A stretch of DNA of 64,000 bases. Source: Macrostomum lignano. Lineage: Eukaryota. The stretch spans positions 124,001 to 188,000 of the forward strand of contig NIVC01001069.1 of assembly GCA_002269645.1 (NCBI GenBank). The letters are read 5' to 3'. Position numbers and translations under genes: made by a program. Below are positions 10,801-21,903 of the stretch, piece after piece (the first letter of the stretch is position 1; every line of letters starts with the position of its first letter). Under the pieces are notes generated by a model. It made no database searches. It had not been told where the DNA came from and saw nothing but the letters and a program-made list of their open reading frames with translations.

Positions 10801-11449
10801 AGAGTTAAGAAGACTTCCGAGTGAGTAGCCGGAGAGCCCAAGTCACTGCGCTGGACAGCAGGACAACCACAGGTACAACAATTGGGGAACTCAAAGTGAG
10901 GATTAGGGAACTAAAAGGGAGGATTAGGGAACTCAAAGGGAGAATTAGGGGAACTCAAAGTGAGGATTAGGGGAACTCAAAGTGAGGATTAGGGAACTAA
11001 AAGTGAGGATTAGGGAACTAAAAGGGAGGATTAGGGAACTAAAAGGGAGGATTAGGGAACTAAAAGTGGGGATTAGGGAACTAGAAGGGAGGATTAGGGA
11101 ACTAAAAGTGAGGATTAGGGAACTCAGTGAGGATTAGGAAACTCTAGGATCTCAGACGGACTGAGGGGCAGCTTGTATTCAAACAGAAAATAAGATCTCA
11201 TTTTAGGGCGAACGAATCTCACCTGCCCGCTAAAGCTCTTATAAGTTTGCTGGTCTGTCGACTCTCCCCAGGTGCTACAACTGCGGCCAGGTGTCTGACC
11301 ATCTCGCCGCCAACTGCCCGCTGGGCCCCTTGCCGAAGTGCTGCTATCGCTGCCGCTCAGTCAACCACCTCGTCAAGGACTGCCCGTTTTGGGGCTTTGC
11401 CACCGCCCCAGCTGGACCGCCTGCGGCTGCTGCCCAGGGATACAATTGA
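4830..11449 (+). CDS. lin-28: Lin-28 homolog, copy A (cold-shock domain plus two CCHC knuckles), 167 aa; exons 4830-4863, 4953-5083, 5897-6057, 11272-11449
   Basis: GT-AG splicing gives an open 504-nt CDS: ...[14 protein letters not shown]...VFVHQ|[11 protein letters not shown]...VEF...[12 protein letters not shown]...K|[15 protein letters not shown]...[14 protein letters not shown]. Introns after VHQ and just before CYNC match known LIN28 positions. The start codon is the least certain part; an upstream exon is possible. Confidence 0.93.
5304..5832. repeat. 60-bp minisatellite in lin-28A intron 2
   Basis: Unit TTTTGGTTGCAATGGAGTTTCTTTCAGTAGGTTTAGTCGCTATGTGGTTTTCTTGAGTAG; identical phase on successive 60-nt lines. 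Confidence 0.96.
6200..6615. repeat. 21-bp minisatellite (GGGAACTCAAAGTGAGGATTA) in lin-28A intron 3, split by the LTR element and resuming at 10881-11145
   Basis: Tandem units on both sides of the LTR insertion. Confidence 0.95.
6616..7501 (+). repeat. 5' LTR (last ~16 bp and PBS lost)
   Basis: Matches 9976-10864; TATAAATA at ~7073; diverges from the 3' LTR after CAGCAGGAC. Confidence 0.9.
9976..10880 (+). repeat. 3' LTR, 905 bp, complete
   Basis: Starts TGTAGTGAG, ends GGTACAACA, followed by TSD ATTG. Confidence 0.92.
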
Positions 11450-11539
11450 TATTTCTGAGCGAGTGCTTTGGTTGAGCGAGAGTGAACTTGAAAACTGGTC
11501 AAGTTGGCGAATGAATGACAATAATAGCGACAGAAAGGA

Positions 11540-11965
11540 GAGAGAGTGACAGGAAGGGAGTGACAGAGAACAGGGAGAGTAAGGAAGACAGTAACAGAGA
11601 ACAGAAAAAAAGTGACAGAGAACAGAAAAAAAGTGACAGAGAACAGGAAAAGAGTGACAGAGAACAGGAAAAGAGTGACAGAGAACAGGAAGAGTGACAG
11701 AGAACAAGAAGAGAGTGACAGAGAACAGGAAGGGAGTGACAGAGAACAGGAAGAGAGTGACAGAGAACAGGAAAAGAGTGACAGAGAACAGGAAGACAGT
11801 GACAGAGAACAGGAAGAGTGACAGAGAACAGGAAAAGAGTGACAGAGAACAGGAAGGGAGTGACAGAGAACAGGAAGGGAGTGACAGAGAACAGGAAGGG
11901 AGTGACAGAGAACAGGAAGGGAGTGACAGAGAACAGGAAGTGTGACTGAGAACAGGAAGAGAATG
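11540..11965. repeat. 21-bp purine-rich minisatellite (GAGTGACAGAGAACAGGAAGG) downstream of lin-28A
   Basis: Tandem units; same family at ~12730-13600 (inverted), ~13660-14060 and ~17860-19420. Confidence 0.95.
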
Positions 11966-11976
11966 ACGAATGAACT

Positions 11977-14957
11977 CTTCAGAACTACCAGAAATAGAGT
12001 TGCACAATTCCCCTCAGAACTACCAGAAGCGCAGCTCCACAATTCCCCTCAGAACTACCAGAAGCGCAGCTCCACAATTCCCCTCAGAACTACCAGAAGC
12101 AGAGTTGCTCAGTTCCTCTCAGAACTACCAGAAGCAGAGTTGCACAATTCCTCTCAGAACTACCAGAAGCAGAGTTGCACAATTCCCCTCAGAACTAACA
12201 GAAGCAAAGTTGCACAATTACTCTCAGAACTACCAGAAGCAGAGTTGCACAATTCCCCTCAGAAATACCAGAAGCAAAGTTGCACAATTACTCTCAGAAC
12301 TACCAGAAGCAGAGTTGCACAATTCCCCTCAGAACTACCAGAAGCAGAGTTGCACAATTCCACAAAAACTACCAGTCGCTATTTTCCTTCGCCACGCGCA
12401 GCAACGATTTCTTTCCATCGTGTAGGCATCCCAAGCGGAGTAGCATAACAGCAATTACCGTATTCAGTGCAATTGTTCAGGTGCAGGTGCGGAGAGCCAA
12501 ACAATTTTTCTTTTGTCAAATGCAATCAGGATTTCGGCAGACAAATGCAAGGCACAAAAAATCCCATTTTATTCCATCAATGCGTCACTCTGCTGGGCTA
12601 CCTCTGCTAGTTAGAGAAAACAACTTTGTTGCTTTTGCAAAGTCTGCTTAGTTAATAAACAGGAAAATTAGTGCTGCCACTGTGACACATCTGTGACAAT
12701 CTCTGTTTAGCGACAGATGTGACACACGTTTTCACTCCCTTTCTGTTCTCTGTCACTCCCTTCCTGTTCTCTGTCACTCTCTTCCTGTTCTCTGTCACTC
12801 CCTTCCTGTTCTCTGTCACTCCCTTCCTGTTCTCTGTCGCTCCCTTTCTGTTCTCTGTCACTCTTTTTCTGTTTTCTGTCACTCTCTCCCTGTTCTCTGT
12901 CACTCTCTTCATATTCTCCGTCATTCTCTTCCTGTTCTCTGTCACTCACTTCCTGTTCTCTGTCACTCTCTTCCTGTTCTCTGTCACTCTCTTCCTGTTC
13001 TCTGTCGCTCCCTTTCCGTTCTCTGTCACTCCCTTCCTGTTCTCTGTCGCTCCCTTCCTGTTCTCTGTCACTCCGTTCCTGTTCTCTGTCACTCTCTTCC
13101 TGTTCTCTGTCGCTCCCTTTCCGTTCTCTGTCACTCCCTTCCTGTTCTCTGTCGCCCCCTTCCTGTTCTCTGTCACTCTCTTCCTGTTCTCTGTCACTCC
13201 CTTCCTGTTCTCTGTCGCTCCCTTCCTGTTCTCTGTCACTCCCTTCCTGTTTTCTGTCACTCTCTTCCTGTTCTCTGTCACTCCCTTCCTGTTCTCTGTC
13301 ACTCTCTTCCTGTTCTCTGTCACTCCCTTCCTGTTCTCTGTCACTCTCTTCCTGTTCTCTGTCACTCCCTTTCCGTTCTCTGTCACTCCCTTCCTGTTCT
13401 CTGTCACTCTCTTCCTGTTCTCTGTCGCTCCCTTTCTGTTCTCTGTCACTCTCTCCCTGTTCTCTGTCACTCTCTTCATGTTCTCCGTCATTCTCTTCCT
13501 GTTTTCTGTCACTCCCTTCCTGTTCTCTGTCACTCCCTTCCTGTTCTCTGTCACTCTCTTCCTGTTCTCTGTCACTCCCTTCCTGTTCTCTGTCACTTCC
13601 TTTCTGTTTTCTAATCCATTTAAAAAAAAAAACAAGGCCGTCTTTAAACAGGAAGAAAGTGACATTCAACAGGAAGAGAGTGACAGAGAACAGGAAGTGT
13701 GACATAGAACTGAAAAAGAGTGACAGAGAACGAACAGGAAGAGAGTGACAGAGAACAGAAAGAGAGTGACAGAGAACAGGAAGGGAGTGACAGAGAACAG
13801 GAAGAGAGTGACAGAGAACAGGAAGGGAGTGACAGAGAACAGGAAGGGAGTGACAGAGAACAGGGGGAGAGTGACAGAGAACAGAAAGAGTGACAGAGAA
13901 CGGAAAGGGAGTGACAGAGAACAGAAAGAGAGTGACAGAGAACAGGAAGGGAGTGACAGAGAACAGGAAGGAAGTGACAGAGAACAGGAAGGGAGTGACA
14001 GAGAACAGGAAGAGAATGACGGAGAACAGGAAGGGAGTGACAGAGAACAGAAAGGGAGTGAAAACGTGTGTCACATCTGTCGCCAAACAGAAGTTTCACA
14101 GATGTGTCACAGCTGCAGCACTAATTTTCCTGTTTATTAACTAAGAAGACTTGCAAATGCAACAAAATTTCTCTAACTAGCAGAGGCAGCCCAGCTGAGC
14201 GACGCATAGATGGGATAAAATGGGATTGATTTTTTGTCTGCCGAAATCCTGATTGCTTTTAACGAAAGAAAAATTGTTTGGCTCTCTGCACCTGCACCTG
14301 AATAATTGCGCTAAATAATTGCTGTTATGCTACTCCGCTTGGGATGCCTACATGATGGGGAGAAATCGTTGCTGCGCGTGGCGAAGGAAAATAGCGACTG
14401 GTAGTTTTTGTGGAATTGTGCAACTGTGCTTCTGGTAGTTCTGAGGGGAATTGTGCAACTCTGCTTCTGGTAGTTCTGAGGGGAATTGTGCAACTCTGCT
14501 TCTGGTAGTTCTGAGGGGAATTGTGCAACTCTGCTTCTGGTAGTTCTGAGGGGAATTGTGCAACTCTGCTTCTGGTAGTTCTTAGGGGAATTGTGCAGCT
14601 CTGCTTCTGGTAGTTCTGAGGAGTATTGTACACCTCTGCTTCTGGTAGTTCTGAGGGAAATTGAGCAGCTGTGCTTCTGGTAGTTCTGAGGGGAATTGTG
14701 CAACTCTGCTTCTGGTAGTTCTGAGGGGAATTGTGCAACTCTGCTTCTGGTAGTTCTGAGGGGAATTGTGGAGCTGCGCTTCTGGTAGTTCTGAGGGGAA
14801 TTGTGCAGCTGTGCTTATGGTAGTTCTGAGGGGAATCGTGCAGCTGTGCTTCTGGTAGTTCTGAGGGGAATTGTGCAGCTGTGCTTCTGGTAGTTCTGAG
14901 GGAAGTTGTGCAGCTGTGCTTCTGGTAGTTCTGAGGGGAATTGTGCAGCTGTGCTTC
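11977..14957. repeat. ~3-kb imperfect inverted repeat (foldback), centre at ~13610-13660
   Basis: Left arm: 35-bp array (inverted), unique ~350 bp, 21-bp array (inverted). Right arm: 21-bp array, unique ~350 bp, 35-bp array. The unique parts are reverse complements, e.g. GTTAATAAACAGGAAAATTAGTGCTGC at ~12651 versus GCAGCACTAATTTTCCTGTTTATTAAC at ~14115. Confidence 0.92.
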
Positions 14958-15186
14958 TTAAGGTGGTGAAGCTCTGCTAAAAAATAGTCTTGAGCCTGAT
15001 AATTAAGTGTGGAATTTGTTTGGAAAAATCCTATCTTCTGAGCGGGACTGGATAATTGTTCTGAGGTAATTGGTCTTTAAGCGCTGCAGCTTGCTTATAA
15101 AAGACGGCATGGTTTTCTTTTTTAGAATGAAGAAAACAACCGGGCCTATTTTCTTGCATCTAAATTATAATCTGTTGTTAGCAGCA

Positions 15187-17777
15187 ATGCAAAAGAGCGG
15201 AAGTATTAAGGTGAATTTCGGTAAGTGCTCTGTAGCCGACAAAACAGATTTTATTACACCAAATTATTGCCTGAAATCGCCACAAACCTGTGCACTCGCA
15301 TCTTTGTAGATGATTTTCAACTTTCGGCCCAAATACTTAATTCCGTGAGGCGGCCGGGCAAGGTCAAGTGGTTCGATGTCGCTCGAGGCTTCGGCTTCAT
15401 CCTGCCGGACGACCGAGGTCGGAATGTCTTCGTGCATCAGGTGTGCTGCGGCGGGGCTTGAGTAGCCCTCGGTTGCTATTGGGTTTCGTTGAGTAGTTTT
15501 GGTTGTCGAGCGTTTCAATTTTTTGTATTAGGTTTGATTGCTATGGTGTCTCTTTGAGAAAGTTTGGTTGCTATGGGGTTTCGTTGAGTAGTTTTGGTTG
15601 CAATGGAGTTTCTTTCAGTAGGTTTAGTCGCTATGTGGTTTTCTTGAGTAGTTTTGGTTGCAATGGAGTTTCTTTCAGTAGGTTTAGTCGTTATGTGGTT
15701 TTCTTGAGTAGGTTTGGTTGCAATGGAGTTTCTTTCAGTAGGTTTAGTCGCTATGTGGTTTTCTTGAGTAGTTTTGGTTGCAATGGAGTTTCTTTCAGTA
15801 GGTTTAGTCGCTATGTGGTTTTCTTGAGTAGTTTTGGTTGCAATGGAGTTTCTTTCAGTAAGTTTAGTCGTTATGTGGTTTTCTTGAGTAGTTTTGGTTG
15901 CAATGGAGTTTCTTTCAGTAAGTTTAGTCGTTATGTGGTTTTCTTGAGTAGTTTTGGTTGCTATTTCACTGGTACATCTTTGAGTTCCACCAAATCTAAC
16001 AGCATCCCTCTTGAATCTCCATCAAGTCCGCCATCTGCATGCCGGGATTTCGAAACCTCTGTCCTGATGAGCTGGTGGAGTTTGAGACCCGGGCAGCCGA
16101 GAAGGGCCTGGAGGCTCGTCTGGTCACCGGACCCGGCGGGGTTCCGTGCCGCGGCGCCGAGAACGGCGGGCAGAGACGGATGCTGAAGTGAGGCTGAATT
16201 GATGAGGCTGCAAGTGTGGGACTGAGATGTACTTAAATATAATATTTTAACTAGAATTTACTTTAGGGATTCGAATTGGGCTTCTTAACGGTAAGCCGAC
16301 GGATGTCCCGAAAACGGGACAAGCAGCCACTTCTGCTTCAGCCGAAAACTTAAAACTAAGCTCTATGGTCAAAACTGCAGCTGCGCTGCACTGCCGTTGC
16401 CGACGGCTGTGTCCCAAAAACGGGACACACTGCTTTATTTTAATTTAAAATAAGTGAAAGTGCTAACAGAACAGAAACAGGATTAGAACAGATAATTTTT
16501 GATTGACACCATAGCAACGGAAAGCTCTTTTTAAGGGTACTCCATAAATATTTACTTAAATTTTATTCAAGGGTGGGGACAAAAAAGGGAGCGGGATAGG
16601 AATGGAGAGAGCAAAGTCAACCGGGGGGTGTGGAAGAAAAAAACATAATGACGAGGTCTGTAACAGTCAGTGCGGTTGGCTGTGCCAGTTTCTGAAGCAC
16701 TGGCCTATGCAAATTGCTGGTTCTCCCGGACAATCAGGGCATATGTACACTGTCTTCTTCGCGATTCGGTTCTCGCTGCACACGCGGCATCGATTGCGCG
16801 GCCGAACATGGGCAGCGTTCAATGGAGCTTTGGTCGGCAAATGCTGTACTGCAGGGCCGTCACCTGCCGGTCCGACTGCTGCAGGACGGCCTGCCCTGAC
16901 AGCGAAATGGCGCCTGCCCCTGCCAGTCTCCTCCACCAAGATGCTGACCGCTTTGCGCAGAAACGCCACGAAAGTCTTGGTACCTCCGTTCTGGCGGTAG
17001 ACGATCCACGAGTTCCGAACCAGAAGCAGCAGCAGGTAAAACGCGAGTTTCTGAAACCAGCGCAGCGTTTTCCGGCTGGCCAGGTAGGGGTTCGCTGCCG
17101 AATCCATACGGTCCACGCCGCCCAAACTCTTCGAGTAGGTGACCACTGTCACTGGCTTCGCGATCACCTGCTGCTCGCCTCCCCGACGGACTCGTGGCAC
17201 GTTCACACAGCCTGCAGCATCTCCTGCAGCCTGCCCAGCAGTGTCCAGGAGATACACGGTCTTTGTTCCGCTGCTCTTCCTGTCCACGAACTTACAAGCG
17301 AGCACCTCAATTAGGGAACTCAAAGTGAGGATTAGGGAACTTAAAGTGAGGATTAGGGAACTCAAAGTGAGAATTAGGGAACTTGAAGTGAGGATTAGGG
17401 AACTAAAAGGGAGAATTAGGGGAACTCAAAGTGAGGATTAGGGAACTAAAAGTGAGGATTAGGGAACTAAAAGGGAGGATTAGAATAAAATATTAGATTT
17501 AGATTTATTAGATTAAAATAAGATCTCATTTTAGGGCGAACGAATCTCACCTGCCCGCTAAAGCTCTTATAAGTTTGCTGGTCTGTCGACTCTCCCCAGG
17601 TGCTACAACTGCGGCCAGGTGTCTGACCATCTCGCCGCCAACTGCCCGCTGGGCCCCTTGCCGAAGTGCTGCTATCGCTGCCGCTCAGTCAACCACCTCG
17701 TCAAGGACTGCCCGTTTTGGGGCTTTGCCACCGCCCCAGCTGGACCGCCTGCGGCTGCTGCCCAGGGATACAATTGA
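15187..17777 (+). CDS. lin-28: Lin-28 homolog, copy B, 167 aa; exons 15187-15220, 15310-15440, 16027-16187, 17600-17777
   Basis: Same exon lengths and splice sites as copy A. The coding differences I saw are one synonymous change (GAC/GAT) and one V>G change (ENVG versus ENGG) in exon 3. Confidence 0.93.
15575..15962. repeat. 60-bp minisatellite in lin-28B intron 2 (fewer units than copy A)
   Basis: Same unit as 5304-5832. Confidence 0.95.
16289..17308 (-). mobile_element. piggyBac (PGBD4-like) transposon fragment: one terminus plus the C-terminal transposase; 5' truncated
   Basis: Starts right after TTAA (16285-16288), where copy A lacks it. Subterminal palindromes TGTCCCGAAAACGGGACA and TGTCCCAAAAACGGGACA. 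Peptide [19 protein letters not shown]...[15 protein letters not shown]...NSWIVY with a Cys-rich tail RCRVC...[22 protein letters not shown] (stop at 16667). Confidence 0.92.
17309..17485. repeat. 21-bp minisatellite (GGGAACTCAAAGTGAGGATTA) in lin-28B intron 3
   Basis: Same unit as in copy A intron 3. Confidence 0.93.
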
Positions 17778-17859
17778 TATTTCTGAGCGAGTGCTTTGGT
17801 TGAGCGAGAGTGAACTTGAAAACTGGTCAAGTTGGCGAATGAATGACAATAATAGCGAC

Positions 17860-19420
17860 AGAAAGGAGAGAGAGTGACAGGAAGGGAGTGACAGAGAACA
17901 GGGAGAGTAAGGAAGACAGTAACAGAGAACAGAAAAAAAGTGACAGAGAACAGGAAGAGTGACAGAGAACAGGAAGAGAGTGACAGAGAACAGGAAGGGA
18001 GTGACAGAGAACAAGAAGAGAAAGACAGAGAACAGGAAGAGAGTGACAGAGAACAGGAAGGGAGTGACAGAGAACAAGAAGAGAAAGACAGAGAACAGGA
18101 AAAGAGTGACAGAGAACAGGAAGAGTGACAGAGAACAGGAAGAGAGTAACAGAGAACAGGAAGGGAGTGACAGAGAACAGGAAGGGAGTGACAGAGAACA
18201 GGAAGGGAGTGACAGAGAACAGGAAGGGAGTGACAGAGAACAGGAAGACAGTGACAGAGAACAGCAGAAGTTTGACAGAGAACAGGAACAGAGTGACAGA
18301 GAACAGAAAGGGAGTGACAGAGCACAGAGAGAGTGACAGAGAACAGGGAGAAAGTGACAGAGAACAGGGAGAGAGTGACAGAGCACAGAAAGAGTGACAG
18401 AGCACAGGGAGAGAGTGACAGAGAACAGGAAGGGAGTGACAGAGCACAGAGAGAGTGACAGAGCACAGAGAGAGTGACAGAGAACAGGTAGAGAGTGACA
18501 GAGAACAGGGAGAGAGTGACAGAGAACAGGGAGAGAGTGACAGAGAACAGGAAGAGAGTGACAGAGCACAGGGGGAGAGTGACAGAGCACAGGGAGAGAG
18601 TGACAGAGCACAGGGAGAGAGTAACAGAGAACAGGGAGGGAGTGACAGAGCACAGGGAGAGAGTGACAGAGAACAGGGAGGGAGTGACAGAGCACAGAGA
18701 GAGTGACAGAGAACAGGGAGAGAGTGACAGAGCACAGGGAGAGAGTGACAGAGCACAGGGAGAAGAGTGACAGAGAACAGGAAGAGAGTGACAGAGCACA
18801 GGGAGAGAGTGACAGAGCACAGGGAGAAAGTGACAGAGCACAGGGAGAGAGTAACAGAGCACATAGAGAGAGTGACAGAGAACAGGGAGAGAGTGACAGA
18901 GCACAGGGAGAGAGTGACAGAGAACAGGGAGGGAGTGACAGAGCACAGAGAGAGTGACAGAGAACAGGGAGAGAGTGACAGAGAACAGGAAGAGAGTGAC
19001 AGAGAACAGGGAGAGTGACAGAACAGGGAGAGAGTGACAGAGCACAGGGAGAGAGTGACAGAGAACAGGGAGAGAGTGACAGAGCACAGGGAGAGAGTGA
19101 CAGAGAACAGGGAAAGAGTGACAGAGAACAGGGAGAGAGTGACAGAGCACAGGGAGAGAGTGACAGAGCACAGGTAGAGAGTGACAGAGAACAGGGAGAG
19201 AGTGACAGAGAACAGGGAGAGAGTGACAGAGCACAGGGAGAGAGTGACAGAGAACAGGGAGAGAGTGACAGAGAACAGGGAGAGAGTGACAGAGCACAGG
19301 GAGAGAGTGACAGAGAACAGGGAGGGAGTGACAGAGCACATGGAGAGAGTGACAGAGAACAGGGAGGGAGTGACAGAGCACAGGGAGAGAGTGACAGAGA
19401 ACACAAAAGAGTGACAGAAC
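17860..19420. repeat. 21-bp purine-rich minisatellite downstream of lin-28B
   Basis: GAGTGACAGAGAACAGGAAGA grading into GAGTGACAGAGCACAGGGAGA variants. Confidence 0.96.
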
Positions 19421-19964
19421 AGATTGTGCAGCTGAGCTACACCCAGAGGACAAGAAAGGACAAAGGTGACGCAGGAGGCAGACAGAGACGGGAGGCAAAT
19501 TTTTCCTGGTTATTTCTCGTACATATAAATCTAAGCAGACTTTACAAAAGCAAAAACCATTTTAGCCTAAATAGCACATGCAGCCCAGCTGAGTGACGCG
19601 TGAATAAAAAATTAGGTAAAATAATTGCCTCCCCGTATTATTTTTGTCGATTTTGAAACCGGTTAAATAGTTTTTTTCAAACCTGGCCCTGAATACTTAA
19701 AAAACTGGTAATTTGTTGTGAATCTTGGTTAAAATGTGCCGGCAATAAACCATCTTCTGATAGCCGCTGAGCTGGTCAAGTCGCTGATTTCAGAACTTAT
19801 TGGAACTGACCAACTCCGATTCAGTGCTGATCTGTCTTCGAATCTCTGAACTTTTGTGATAGCGCGTGTTCCGTCACCGCCCCAGCTGCAGTCCGAGAGA
19901 AATGATTTTCACAGATGAACAGACCCCGATATGCTTGGACTGACACTTATACAGGAAGATGGGC

Positions 19965-20600
19965 AGATCAGACACTGAAACAGACAGACAGACAGACAGA
20001 CAGACACTAAGACAGACAGACAGGCAGGCAGACAGACAGACAGGCAGACAGACAGACAGACAGACAGACAGACAGGCAGACAGACTGACAGAGAGACAGA
20101 CAAACAGAAAGAGACAGATAGACAGACAGACAGACAGACAGATAGAGACTAAGACAGACAGAAAGAGACAGATAGACAGACAGGCAGACAGACAGAGAGA
20201 CAAACAAACACTAAGACAGACAGACAAACAAACACTAAGACAGACAGACAGACAAACACTAAGACAGACAGACAAACAAACACTAGGACAGACAGACAGA
20301 GACAAACAAACACTAAGACAGACAGACAAACAAACACTAAGACAGACAGACAAACAAACACTAAGACAGACAGAGACAAACAAACACTAAGACAGACAGA
20401 CAAACAAACACTAAGACAGACAGACAGACAAACAAACACTAAGACAGACAGACAGAGACAAACAAACACTAAGACAGACAGACAGACAAACAAACACTAA
20501 GACAGACAGACAGAGACAAACAAACACTAAGACAGACAGACAAACAAACACTAAGACAGACAGACAGACAAACAAACACTAAGACAGACAGACAGACAGG
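19965..20600. repeat. (GACA)n microsatellite grading into a CTAAGACAGACAGACAAACAAACA compound repeat
   Basis: Direct reading of the sequence. Confidence 0.95.
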
Positions 20601-21514
20601 CAGTCAAGGAGGGAAACTGACAGATTTCACAGAGAGCAGGCCCTAACATTTCTTTACATCATTAGTCAAGAACGCACAGCTTGCCGTTACGATTATGGGC
20701 GACATCTGCGCGGATTTTTTCACCCTAAAAAATGTTATGATCCTACCTGTACTTTAGAACTGGCCAGAATGCTATATAAATTTTCCAATTGCAGCAGACG
20801 CTCTGTGATAGTTTAATTAGTATGACTAAATTACTTGAATTAAATTATTCCACTTAATAATCGTGAAGTTCAAACTGATAGAAAACAACTTGACTATGAT
20901 AAAATTCAGTCTGAGCTCTGATTTCTTAATTCCAAGCCAAATTGTTTTTTCAGATACCAAGGACTACTTAAGTAAATAGCAGTTTTTCCGTATTAAATAA
21001 CGCATACGGGTCAATAAAGAAATTAAGGTTATATTTTTTAAAGCTTACACAGAGCCGATCGAGCGGGTTTATTACTTTGTCAAACACGGCACGCAAGCCG
21101 TGCACACAGAATAGATTAAAGTACAATAAGTAATAAAAACACGTAATTGAATTGAATAATTGAGCTAAAAAAACTGTTCAACTCCCGGCCCTTAAACTTT
21201 TTCAACCATATGCATTATAGACAATTCACTGTTAAAGAACACCAAATGCATTCAACAGTGCATCTCGGAGAGAACAAACCGGATTATTAGTTTGAGGCCA
21301 AGACAAATTATAAAAAATATGAAACTTAATTAGTGCTCAGTTTGATAAGTCATTCGACCACTATTTAGTAATGAAGAGGTGAGAGATGATTGATGTTATT
21401 AATTAGAGGATATAGGTCAAATGAGTTTTAGACCTCGGCCATTTAGTAAGTGCATTATAGACTACTTTCAATTCAGTAGTATTACAGTTCATAGTCTAAT
21501 TATCTGTCTAATTA

Positions 21515-21783
21515 TTGATGCAGTTAAGTTGCCCGACTTAAAGGCCGAGAGTTCGATTCCCGATCCCACTCGGAACAATTTGTGTCCTTGAGCAAGACGC
21601 GTAACTCTGCATTGCTTCAGTTCAACCCAGCTGTAAAATGGGTGCCAGCATTAGCTGGGGTAATTGAGGGTGTATGGTGACCCCCCCTTCCCCCAGTCCT
21701 TGGACTGAACAGCCGTACGCAGCGGCTGAACTGGCGGTTGCACATCTGCCCATTAGGGCAGGTGTAATCAGTTATTATTATTT
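21515..21783 (+). mobile_element. tRNA-derived CORE-type SINE (5' head degraded)
   Basis: B box GTTCGATTCC (21551-21560). CORE-like GTGTCCTTGAGCAAGACGCGTAACTCTGCATTGCTTCAGTTCAACCCAGCTGTAAAATGGG resembles the MIR core. (TTA)n tail at ~21772-21783. 5' boundary approximate. Confidence 0.72.
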
Positions 21784-21903
21784 ACATACTCGTACTACTT
21801 TCTTTACTTTCTACTGAATGTAAGTAGTAAAACATGATTTTGTGTATATTTTCATAAATTTATTTAACAGTTGTTAGTTTGCGTGCAGTCAATAACGGAA
21901 AAG

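Larger units (their letters stand above)
6616..10880 (+). mobile_element. Gypsy/Ty3-like LTR retrotransposon, internally deleted (no gag, PR, RT or RH), in lin-28A intron 3
   Basis: Paired LTRs at 6616-~7501 and 9976-10880 with TGT...ACA ends. 4-bp TSD ATTG (6612-6615 and 10881-10884). Purine-rich GGTGAGAG before the 3' LTR. Integrase-tail-like peptide (DLVFLNN...[17 protein letters not shown]...VVHRRNL) at ~7550-7900. Confidence 0.88.

Noticed and set aside
12598-12604. let-7 seed match CTACCTC about 1.15 kb downstream of the lin-28A stop
   Set aside because: Single 7-mer inside the inverted arm, not preserved in the other arm, no counterpart noticed after copy B, and no evidence the 3' UTR reaches it.
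19740-19960. Possible exon between the satellites
   Set aside because: Short frames with stops and no recognisable motif or partner exon.
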